A DNA stretch of 64,000 bases, taken from contig CATOCA020000001.1 in NCBI GenBank assembly GCA_951406725.2, forward strand, positions 9,362,001-9,426,000, given 5' to 3'. This document shows positions 12,401-24,400 of the stretch, piece after piece. The first letter of the stretch is position 1; every line of letters begins with the position of its first letter. A model generated the notes under the pieces. The model ran no database searches and was not told where the DNA came from. It saw only the letters and a program-made list of their open reading frames with translations. The translations under genes were made by a program, and so were the position numbers. Source of the stretch: Octopus vulgaris. Taxonomy: Eukaryota.

Positions 12401-15400
12401 CCTCGCTCTGTCTGTGTTCGTGTGTTCGTTCTGTCTGCATAGCATCTACCTCGCTCTGTCTGTGTTCGTGTGTTCGTTCTGTCTGCATAGCATCTACCTC
12501 GCTCTGTCTGTGTTCGTGTGTTCGTTCTGTCTGCATAGCATCTACCTCGCTCTGTCTGTGTTCGTGTGTTCGTTCTGTCTGCATAGCATCTACCTCGCTC
12601 TGTCTGTGTTCGTGTGTTCGTTCTGTCTGCATAGCATCTACCTCGCTCTGTCTGTGTTCGTGTGTTCGTTCTGTCTGCATAGCATCTACCTCGCTCTGTC
12701 TGTGTTCGTGTGTTCGTTCTGTCTGCATAGCATCTACCTCGCTCTGTCTGTGTTCGTGTGTTCGTTCTGTCTGCATAGCATCTACCTCGCTCTGTCTGTG
12801 TTCGTGTGTTCGTTCTGTCTGCATAGCATCTACCTCGCTCTGTCTGTGTTCGTGTGTTCGTTCTGTCTGCATAGCATCTACCTCGCTCTGTCTGTGTTCG
12901 TGTGTTCGTTCTGTCTGCATAGCATCTACCTCGCTCTGTCTGTGTTCGTGTGTTCGTTCTGTCTGCATAGCATCTACCTCGCTCTGTCTGTGTTCGTGTG
13001 TTCGTTCTGTCTGCATAGCATCTACCTCGCTCTGTCTGTGTACGTGTGTTCGTTCTGTCTGCATAGCATCTACCTCGCTCTGTCTGTGTTCGTGTGTTCG
13101 TTCTGTCTGCATAGCATCTACCTCGCTCTGTCTGTGTACGTGTGTTCGTTCTGTCTGCATAGCATCTACCTCGCTCTGTCTGTGTTCGTGTGTTCGTTCT
13201 GTCTGCATAGCATCTACCTCGCTCTGTCTGTGTTCGTGTGTTCGTTCTGTCTGCATAGCATCTACCTCGCTCTGTCTGTGTTCGTGTGTTCGTTCTGTCT
13301 GCATAGCATCTACCTCGCTCTGTCTGTGTTCGTGTGTTCGTTCTGTCTGCATAGCATCTACCTCGCTCTGTCTGTGTACGTGTGTTCGTTCTGTCTGCAT
13401 AAGCATCTACCTCGCTCTGTCTGTGTTCGTGTGTTCGTTCTGTCTGCATAGCATCTACCTCGCTCTGTCTGTGTTCGTGTGTTCGTTCTGTCTGCATAGC
13501 ATCTACCTCGCTCTGTCTGTGTTCGTGTGTTCGTTCTGTCTGCATAGCATCTACCTCGCTCTGTCTGTGTTCGTGTGTTCGTTCTGTCTGCATAGCATCT
13601 ACCTCGCTCTGTCTGTGTTCGTGTGTTCGTTCTGTCTGCATAGCATCTACCTCGCTCTGTCTGTGTTCGTGTGTTCGTTCTGTCTGCATAGCATCTACCT
13701 CGCTCTGTCTGTGTTCGTGTGTTCGTTCTGTCTGCATAGCATCTACCTCGCTCTGTCTGTGTTCGTGTGTTCGTTCTGTCTGCATAGCATCTACCTCGCT
13801 CTGTCTGTGTACGTGTGTTCGTTCTGTCTGCATAGCATCTACCTCGCTCTGTCTGTGTTCGTGTGTTCGTTCTGTCTGCATAGCATCTACCTCGCTCTGT
13901 CTGTGTTCGTGTGTTCGTTCTGTCTGCATAGCATCTACCTCGCTCTGTCTGTGTACGTGTGTTCGTTCTGTCTGCATAGCATCTACCTCGCTCTGTCTGT
14001 GTTCGTGTGTTCGTTCTGTCTGCATAGCATCTACCTCGCTCTGTCTGTGTTCGTGTGTTCGTTCTGTCTGCATAGCATATACCTCGCTCTGTCTGTGTTC
14101 GTGTGTTCGTTCTGTCTGCATAGCATCTACCTCGCTCTGTCTGTGTTCGTGTGTTCGTTCTGTCTGCATAGCATCTACCTCGCTCTGTCTGTGTTCGTGT
14201 GTTCGTTCTGTCTGCATAGCATCTACCTCGCTCTGTCTGTGTTCGTGTGTTCGTTCTGTCTGCATAGCATCTACCTCGCTCTGTCTGTGTTCGTGTGTTC
14301 GTTCTGTCTGCATAGCATCTACCTCGCTCTGTCTGTGTTCGTGTGTTCGTTCTGTCTGCATAGCATCTACCTCGCTCTGTCTGTGTTCGTGTGTTCGTTC
14401 TGTCTGCATAGCATCTACCTCGCTCTGTCTGTGTTCGTGTGTTCGTTCTGTCTGCATAGCATCTACCTCGCTCTGTCTGTGTTCGTGTGTTCGTTCTGTC
14501 TGCATAGCATCTACCTCGCTCTGTCTGTGTACGTGTGTTCGTTCTGTCTGCATAGCATCTACCTCGCTCTGTCTGTGTTCGTGTGTTCGTTCTGTCTGCA
14601 TAGCATCTACCTCGCTCTGTCTGTGTTCGTGTGTTCGTTCTGTCTGCATAGCATCTACCTCGCTCTGTCTGTGTTCGTGTGTTCGTTCTGTCTGCATAGC
14701 ATCTACCTCGCTCTGTCTGTGTACGTGTGTTCGTTCTGTCTGCATAGCATCTACCTCGCTCTGTCTGTGTACGTGTGTTCGTTCTGTCTGCATAGCATCT
14801 ACCTCGCTCTGTCTGTGTTCGTGTGTTCGTTCTGTCTGCATAGCATCTACCTCGCTCTGTCTGTGTTCGTGTGTTCGTTCTGTCTGCATAGCATCTACCT
14901 CGCTCTGTCTGTGTTCGTGTGTTCGTTCTGTCTGCATAGCATCTACCTCGCTCTGTCTGTGTTCGTGTGTTCGTTCTGTCTGCATAGCATCTACCTCGCT
15001 CTGTCTGTGTTCGTGTGTTCGTTCTGTCTGCATAGCATCTACCTCGCTCTGTCTGTGTTCGTGTGTTCGTTCTGTCTGCATAGCATCTACCTCGCTCTGT
15101 CTGTGTTCGTGTGTTCGTTCTGTCTGCATAGCATCTACCTCGCTCTGTCTGTGTTCGTGTGTTCGTTCTGTCTGCATAGCATCTACCTCGCTCTGTCTGT
15201 GTTCGTGTGTTCGTTCTGTCTGCATAGCATCTACCTCGCTCTGTCTGTGTTCGTGTGTTCGTTCTGTCTGCATAGCATCTACCTCGCTCTGTCTGTGTAC
15301 GTGTGTTCGTTCTGTCTGCATAGCATCTACCTCGCTCTGTCTGTGTTCGTGTGTTCGTTCTGTCTGCATAGCATCTACCTCGCTCTGTCTGTGTTCGTGT

Positions 15401-18400
15401 GTTCGTTCTGTCTGCATAGCATCTACCTCGCTCTGTCTGTGTTCGTGTGTTCGTTCTGTCTGCATAGCATCTACCTCGCTCTGTCTGTGTTCGTGTGTTC
15501 GTTCTGTCTGCATAGCATCTACCTCGCTCTGTCTGTGTTCGTGTGTTCGTTCTGTCTGCATAGCATCTACCTCGCTCTGTCTGTGTTCGTGTGTTCGTTC
15601 TGTCTGCATAGCATCTACCTCGCTCTGTCTGTGTTCGTGTGTTCGTTCTGTCTGCATAGCATCTACCTCGCTCTGTCTGTGTTCGTGTGTTCGTTCTGTC
15701 TGCATAGCATCTACCTCGCTCTGTCTGTGTACGTGTGTTCGTTCTGTCTGCATAGCATCTACCTCGCTCTGTCTGTGTTCGTGTGTTCGTTCTGTCTGCA
15801 TAGCATCTACCTCGCTCTGTCTGTGTTCGTGTGTTCGTTCTGTCTGCATAGCATCTACCTCGCTCTGTCTGTGTTCGTGTGTTCGTTCTGTCTGCATAGC
15901 ATCTACCTCGCTCTGTCTGTGTTCGTGTGTTCGTTCTGTCTGCATAGCATCTACCTCGCTCTGTCTGTGTTCGTGTGTTCGTTCTGTCTGCATAGCATCT
16001 ACCTCGCTCTGTCTGTGTTCGTGTGTTCGTTCTGTCTGCATAGCATCTACCTCGCTCTGTCTGTGTTCGTGTGTTCGTTTTGTCTGCATAGCATATACCT
16101 CGCTCTGTCTGTGTTCGTGTGTTCGTTCTGTCTGCATAGCATCTACCTCGCTCTGTCTGTGTTCGTGTGTTCGTTCTGTCTGCATAGCATCTACCTCGCT
16201 CTCTCTGTGTTCGTGTGTTCGTTCTGTCTGCATAGCATCTACCTCGCTCTGTCTGTGTTCGTGTGTTCGTTCTGTCTGCATAGCATCTACCTCGCTCTGT
16301 CTGTGTTCGTGTGTTCGTTCTGTCTGCATAGCATCTACCTCGCTCTGTCTGTGTTCGTGTGTTCGTTCTGTCTGCATAGCATCTACCTCGCTCTGTCTGT
16401 GTTCGTGTGTTCGTTCTGTCTGCATAGCATCTACCTCGCTCTGTCTGTGTTCGTGTGTTCGTTCTGTCTCATAGCATCTACCTCGCTCTGTCTGTGTTCG
16501 TGTGTTCGTTCTGTCTGCATAGCATCTACCTCGCTCTGTCTGTGTTCGTGTGTTCGTTCTGTCTCATAGCATCTACCTCGCTCTGTCTGTGTTCGTGTGT
16601 TCGTTCTGTCTGCATAGCATCTCACCTCGCTCTGTCTGTGTTCGTGTGTTCGTTCTGTCTGCACCAAGCATCTACCTCGCTCTCTCTGTGTTCGTGTGTT
16701 CGTTCTGTCTGCATAGCATCTACCTCGCTCTGTCTGTGTTCGTGTGTTCGTTATGTCTGCAATAGCATCTCTACCTCGCTCTCTCTGTGTTCGTGTGTTC
16801 GTTCTGTCTGCATAGCATCTACCTCGCTCTGTCTGTGTTCGTGTGTTCGTTATGTCTGCAATAGCATCTACCTCGCTCTCTCTGTGTTCATGTGTTTCGT
16901 TCTGTCTGCATAGCATCTACCTCGCTCTGTCTGTGTTCGTGTGTTCGTTATGTCTGCAATAGCATCTACCTCGCTCTCTCTGTGTACGTGTGTTCGTTCT
17001 GTCTGCATAGCATCTACCTCGCTCTGTCTGTGTTCGTGTGTTCGTTATGTCTGCAATAGCATCTACCTCGCTCTCTCTGTGTACGTGTGTTCGTTCTGTC
17101 TGCGCAGCATCTACCTCGCTCTGTCTGTGTTCGTGTGTTCGTTCTGTCTGCATAGCATCTACCTCGCTCTGTCTGTGTTCGTGTGTTCGTTCTGTCTGCA
17201 TAGCATCTACCTCGCTCTGTCTGTGTTCGTGTGTTCGTTCTGTCTGCATAGCATCTACCTCGCTCTGTCTGTGTTCGTGTGTTCGTTCTGTCTGCATAGC
17301 ATCTACCTCGCTCTGTCTGTGTTCGTGTGTTCGTTCTGTCTGCATAGCATCTACCTCGCTCTGTCTGTGTTCGTGTGTTCGTTCTGTCTGCATAGCATCT
17401 ACCTCGCTCTGTCTGTGTTCGTGTGTTCGTTCTGTCTGCATAGCATCTACCTCGCTCTGTCTGTGTACGTGTGTTCGTTCTGTCTGCATAGCATCTACCT
17501 CGCTCTGTCTGTGTTCGTGTGTTCGTTCTGTCTGCATAGCATCTACCTCGCTCTGTCTGTGTTCGTGTGTTCGTTCTGTCTGCATAGCATCTACCTCGCT
17601 CTGTCTGTGTTCGTGTGTTCGTTCTGTCTGCATAGCATCTACCTCGCTCTGTCTGTGTTCGTGTGTTCGTTCTGTCTGCATAGCATCTACCTCGCTCTGT
17701 CTGTGTTCGTGTGTTCGTTCTGTCTGCATAGCATCTACCTCGCTCTGTCTGTGTTACGTGTGTTCGTTCTGTCTGCATAGCATCTACCTCGCTCTGTCTG
17801 TGTTACGTGTGTTCGTTCTGTCTGCATAGCATCTACCTCGCTCTGTCTGTGTTCGTGTGTTCGTTCTGTCTGCATAGCATCTACCTCGCTCTGTCTGTGT
17901 ACGTGTGTTCGTTCTGTCTGCATAGCATCTACCTCGCTCTGTCTGTGTACGTGTGTTCGTTCTGTCTGCATAGCATCTACCTCGCTCTGTCTGTGTTCGT
18001 GTGTTCGTTCTGTCTGCATAGCATCTACCTCGCTCTGTCTGTGTTCGTGTGTTCGTTCTGTCTGCATAGCATCTACCTCGCTCTGTCTGTGTTCGTGTGT
18101 TCGTTCTGTCTGCATAGCATCTACCTCGCTCTGTCTGTGTTCGTGTGTTCGTTCTGTCTGCATAGCATCTACCTCGCTCTGTCTGTGTTCGTGTGTTCGT
18201 TCTGTCTGCATAGCATCTACCTCGCTCTGTCTGTGTTCGTGTGTTCGTTCTGTCTGCATAGCATCTACCTCGCTCTGTCTGTGTTCGTGTGTTCGTTCTG
18301 TCTGCATAGCATCTACCTCGCTCTGTCTGTGTTCGTGTGTTCGTTCTGTCTGCATAGCATCTACCTCGCTCTGTCTGTGTTCGTGTGTTCGTTCTGTCTG

Positions 18401-21400
18401 CATAGCATCTACCTCGCTCTGTCTGTGTACGTGTGTTCGTTCTGTCTGCATAGCATCTACCTCGCTCTGTCTGTGTACGTGTGTTCGTTCTGTCTGCATA
18501 GCATCTACCTCGCTCTGTCTGTGTTCGTGTGTTCGTTCTGTCTGCATAGCATCTACCTCGCTCTGTCTGTGTTACGTGTGTTCGTTCTGTCTGCATAGCA
18601 TCTACCTCGCTCTGTCTGTGTTACGTGTGTTCGTTCTGTCTGCATAGCATCTACCTCGCTCTGTCTGTGTTCGTGTGTTCGTTCTGTCTGCATAGCATCT
18701 ACCTCGCTCTGTCTGTGTTCGTGTGTTCGTTCTGTCTGCATAGCATCTACCTCGCTCTGTCTGTGTTCGTGTGTTCGTTCTGTCTGCATAGCATCTACCT
18801 CGCTCTGTCTGTGTTCGTGTGTTCGTTCTGTCTGCATAGCATCTACCTCGCTCTGTCTGTGTTCGTGTGTTCGTTCTGTCTGCATAGCATCTACCTCGCT
18901 CTGTCTGTGTTCGTGTGTTCGTTCTGTCTGCATAGCATCTACCTCGCTCTGTCTGTGTTCGTGTGTTCGTTCTGTCTGCATAGCATCTACCTCGCTCTGT
19001 CTGTGTTCGTGTGTTCGTTCTGTCTGCATAGCATCTACCTCGCTCTGTCTGTGTTCGTGTGTTCGTTCTGTCTGCATAGCATCTACCTCGCTCTGTCTGT
19101 GTTCGTGTGTTCGTTCTGTCTGCATAGCATCTACCTCGCTCTGTCTGTGTTCGTGTGTTCGTTCTGTCTGCATAGCATCTACCTCGCTCTGTCTGTGTTC
19201 GTGTGTTCGTTCTGTCTGCATAGCATCTACCTCGCTCTGTCTGTGTTCGTGTGTTCGTTCTGTCTGCATAGCATCTACCTCGCTCTGTCTGTGTTCGTGT
19301 GTTCGTTCTGTCTGCATAGCATCTACCTCGCTCTGTCTGTGTTCGTGTGTTCGTTCTGTCTGCATAGCATCTACCTCGCTCTGTCTGTGTTCGTGTGTTC
19401 GTTCTGTCTGCATAGCATCTACCTCGCTCTGTCTGTGTACGTGTGTTCGTTCTGTCTGCATAGCATCTACCTCGCTCTGTCTGTGTTCGTGTGTTCGTTC
19501 TGTCTGCATAGCATCTACCTCGCTCTGTCTGTGTACGTGTGTTCGTTCTGTCTGCATAGCATCTACCTCGCTCTGTCTGTGTTCGTGTGTTCGTTCTGTC
19601 TGCATAGCATCTACCTCGCTCTGTCTGTGTTCGTGTGTTCGTTCTGTCTGCATAGCATCTACCTCGCTCTGTCTGTGTTCGTGTGTTCGTTCTGTCTGCA
19701 TAGCATCTACCTCGCTCTGTCTGTGTTCGTGTGTTCGTTCTGTCTGCATAGCATCTACCTCGCTCTGTCTGTGTTCGTGTGTTCGTTCTGTCTGCATAGC
19801 ATCTACCTCGCTCTGTCTGTGTACGTGTGTTCGTTCTGTCTGCATAGCATCTACCTCGCTCTGTCTGTGTTCGTGTGTTCGTTCTGTCTGCATAGCATCT
19901 ACCTCGCTCTGTCTGTGTTCGTGTGTTCGTTCTGTCTGCATAGCATCTACCTCGCTCTGTCTGTGTTCGTGTGTTCGTTCTGTCTGCATAGCATCTACCT
20001 CGCTCTGTCTGTGTTCGTGTGTTCGTTCTGTCTGCATAGCATCTACCTCGCTCTGTCTGTGTTCGTGTGTTCGTTCTGTCTGCATAGCATCTACCTCGCT
20101 CTGTCTGTGTTCGTGTGTTCGTTCTGTCTGCATAGCATCTACCTCGCTCTGTCTGTGTTCGTGTGTTCGTTCTGTCTGCATAGCATCTACCTCGCTCTGT
20201 CTGTGTTCGTGTGTTCGTTCTGTCTGCATAGCATCTACCTCGCTCTGTCTGTGTTCGTGTGTTCGTTCTGTCTGCATAGCATCTACCTCGCTCTGTCTGT
20301 GTTACGTGTGTTCGTTCTGTCTGCATAGCATCTACCTCGCTCTGTCTGTGTTCGTGTGTTCGTTCTGTCTGCATAGCATCTACCTCGCTCTGTCTGTGTA
20401 CGTGTGTTCGTTCTGTCTGCATAGCATCTACCTCGCTCTGTCTGTGTGTTCGTGTGTTCGTTCTGTCTGCATAGCATCTACCTCGCTCTGTCTGTGTTCG
20501 TGTGTTCGTTCTGTCTGCATAGCATCTACCTCGCTCTGTCTGTGTTACGTGTGTTCGTTCTGTCTGCATAGCATCTACCTCGCTCTGTCTGTGTTCGTGT
20601 GTTCGTTCTGTCTGCATAGCATCTACCTCGCTCTGTCTGTGTTCGTGTGTTCGTTCTGTCTGCATAGCATCTACCTCGCTCTGTCTGTGTTCGTGTGTTC
20701 GTTCTGTCTGCATAGCATCTACCTCGCTCTGTCTGTGTTCGTGTGTTCGTTCTGTCTGCATAGCATCTACCTCGCTCTGTCTGTGTTCGTGTGTTCGTTC
20801 TGTCTGCATAGCATCTACCTCGCTCTGTCTGTGTTCGTGTGTTCGTTCTGTCTGCATAGCATCTACCTCGCTCTGTCTGTGTACGTGTGTTCGTTCTGTC
20901 TGCATAGCATCTACCTCGCTCTGTCTGTGTTCGTGTGTTCGTTCTGTCTGCATAGCATCTACCTCGCTCTGTCTGTGTTCGTGTGTTCGTTCTGTCTGCA
21001 TAGCATCTACCTCGCTCTGTCTGTGTTCGTGTGTTCGTTCTGTCTGCATAGCATCTACCTCGCTCTGTCTGTGTTCGTGTGTTCGTTCTGTCTGCATAGC
21101 ATCTACCTCGCTCTGTCTGTGTTCGTGTGTTCGTTCTGTCTGCATAGCATCTACCTCGCTCTGTCTGTGTTCGTGTGTTCGTTCTGTCTGCATAGCATCT
21201 ACCTCGCTCTGTCTGTGTTCGTGTGTTCGTTCTGTCTGCATAGCATCTACCTCGCTCTGTCTGTGTACGTGTGTTCGTTCTGTCTGCATAGCATCTACCT
21301 CGCTCTGTCTGTGTTCGTGTGTTCGTTCTGTCTGCATAGCATCTACCTCGCTCTGTCTGTGTACGTGTGTTCGTTCTGTCTGCATAGCATCTACCTCGCT

Positions 21401-24400
21401 CTGTCTGTGTTCGTGTGTTCGTTCTGTCTGCATAGCATCTACCTCGCTCTGTCTGTGTACGTGTGTTCGTTCTGTCTGCATAGCATCTACCTCGCTCTGT
21501 CTGTGTTCGTGTGTTCGTTCTGTCTGCATAGCATCTACCTCGCTCTGTCTGTGTTCGTGTGTTCGTTCTGTCTGCATAGCATCTACCTCGCTCTGTCTGT
21601 GTTCGTGTGTTCGTTCTGTCTGCATAGCATCTACCTCGCTCTGTCTGTGTTCGTGTGTTCGTTCTGTCTGCATAGCATCTACCTCGCTCTGTCTGTGTGC
21701 GTGTGTTCGTTCTGTCTGCATAGCATCTACCTCGCTCTGTCTGTGTACGTGTGTTCGTTCTGTCTGCATAGCATCTACCTCGCTCTGTCTGTGTACGTGT
21801 GATCTACCTCGCTCTGTCTGTGTACGTGTGTTCGTTCTGTCTGCATAGCATCTACCTCGCTCTGTCTGTGTTCGTGTGTTCGTTCTGTCTGCATAGCATC
21901 TACCTCGCTCTGTCTGTGTTCGTGTGTTCGTTCTGTCTGCATAGCATCTACCTCGCTCTGTCTGTGTTCGTGTGTTCGTTCTGTCTGCATAGCATCTACC
22001 TCGCTCTGTCTGTGTACGTGTGTTCGTTCTGTCTGCATAGCATCTACCTCGCTCTGTCTGTGTACGTGTGTTCGTTCTGTCTGCATAGCATCTACCTCGC
22101 TCTGTCTGTGTCGTGTGTTCGTTCTGTCTGCATAGCATCTACCTCGCTCTGTCTGTGTTCGTGTGTTCGTTCTGTCTGCATAGCATCTACCTCGCTCTGT
22201 CTGTGTTCGTGTGTTCGTTCTGTCTGCATAGCATCTACCTCGCTCTGTCTGTGTACGTGTGTTCGTTCTGTCTGCATAGCATCTACCTCGCTCTGTCTGT
22301 GTCGTGTGTTCGTTCTGTCTGCATAGCATCTACCTCGCTCTGTCTGTGTACGTGTGTTCGTTCTGTCTGCATAGCATCTACCTCGCTCTGTCTGTGTTCG
22401 TGTGTTCGTTCTGTCTGCATAGCATCTACCTCGCTCTGTCTGTGTTCGTGTGTTCGTTCTGTCTGCATAGCATATACCTCGCTCTGTCTGTGTTCGTGTG
22501 TTCGTTCTGTCTGCATAGCATCTACCTCGCTCTGTCTGTGTTCGTGTGTTCGTTCTGTCTGCATAGCATCTACCTCGCTCTGTCTGTGTTCGTGTGTTCG
22601 TTCTGTCTGCATAGCATCTACCTCGCTCTGTCTGTGTTCGTGTGTTCGTTCTGTCTGCATAGCATCTACCTCGCTCTGTCTGTGTTCGTGTGTTCGTTCT
22701 GTCTGCATAGCATCTACCTCGCTCTGTCTGTGTTCGTGTGTTCGTTCTGTCTGCATACATCTACCTCGCTCTGTCTGTGTTCGTGTGTTCGTTCTGTCTG
22801 TATAGCATCTACCTCGTTTGTCTGTGTTCGAGTGTCTGTTCTGTCTGCATAGCATCTACCTCGCTCTGTCTGTGTTCGTGTGTTCGTTCTGTCTGCATAG
22901 CATCTACCTCGCTCTGTCTGTGTCGTGTGTTCGTTTTGTCTGCATAGCATCTACCTCGCTCTGTCTGTGTACGTGTGTTCGTTCTGTCTGCATAGCATCT
23001 ACCTCGCTCTGTCTGTGTTCGTGTGTTCGTTCTGTCTGCATAGCATCTACCTCGCTCTGTCTGTGTACGTGTGTTCGTTCTGTCTGCATAGCATCTACCT
23101 CGCTCTGTCTGTGTTCGTGTGTTCGTTCTCTGCATAGCATCTACCTCGCTCTGTCTGTGTTCGTGTGTTCGTTCTGTCTGCATAGCATCTACCTCGCTCT
23201 GTCTGTGTTCGTGTGTTCGTTCTCTCTGCATAGCATCTACCTCGCTCTGTCTGTGTTCGTGTGTTCGTTCTGTCTGCATAGCATCTACCTCGCTCTGTCT
23301 GTGTTCGTGTGTTCGTTCTGTCTGCATAGCATCTACCTCGCTCTGTCTGTGTACGTGTGTTCGTTCTGTCTGCATAGCATCTACCTCGCTCTGTCTGTGT
23401 TACGTGTGTTCGTTCTGTCTGCATAGCATCTACCTCGCTCTGTCTGTGTACGTGTGTTCGTTCTGTCTGCATAGCATCTACCTCGCTCTGTCTGTGTTCG
23501 TGTGTTCGTTCTGTCTGCATAGCATCTACCTCGCTCTGTCTGTGTTCGTGTGTTCGTTCTGTCTGCATAGCATCTACCTCGCTCTGTCTGTGTTCGTGTG
23601 TTCGTTCTGTCTGCATAGCATCTACCTCGCTCTGTCTGTGTTCGTGTGTTCGTTCTGTCTGCATAGCATCTACCTCGCTCTGTCTGTGTTCGTGTGTTCG
23701 TTCTGTCTGCATAGCATCTACCTCGCTCTGTCTGTGTTCGTGTGTTCGTTCTGTCTGCATAGCATACCTCGCTCTGTCTGTGTTCGTGTGTTCGTTCTGT
23801 CTGCATAGCATCTACCTCGCTCTGTCTGTGTTCGTGTGTTCGTTCTGTCTGCATAGCATCTACCTCGCTCTGTCTGTGTTCGTGTGTTCGTTCTGTCTGC
23901 ATAGCATCTACCTCGCTCTGTCTGTGTTCGTGTGTTCGTTTCTGTCTGCATGGCATCTCTACCCACTCGCTCTGTCTGTGTTCGTGTGTTCGTTCTGTCT
24001 GTCATAGCATCTACCTCGCTCTGTCTGTGTTCGTGTGTTCGTTCTGTCTGCATAGCATCTACCTCGCTCTGTCTGTCGTGTGTTCGTTCTGTCTGCATAG
24101 CATATACCTCGCTCTGTCTGTGTACGTGTGTTCGTTCTGTCTGCATAGCATCTACCTCGCTCTGTCTGTGTTCGTGTGTTCGTTCTGTCTGCATAGCATC
24201 TAACTCGCTCTGTCTGTGTTCGTGTGTTCGTTCTGTCTGCATAGCATTCTGTCTCGCTCTGTCTGTGTACGTGTGTCTGTTCTGTATAGCATCTACCTCG
24301 CTCTGTCTGTGTCGTGTGTTCGTTCTGTCTGCATGTATCTACATCTCTGCTCTGTCTGTGTACGTGTGTCACTCTGTTGCAGACATCTACCTAGCATCTG

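Noticed and set aside
2000-16500. Higher-order periodicity of TACG alleles in the left part of the array
   Set aside because: Spacings between the rarer ATATACC markers (7643, 10763, 14077) are unequal, and I could not establish a consistent period by eye.
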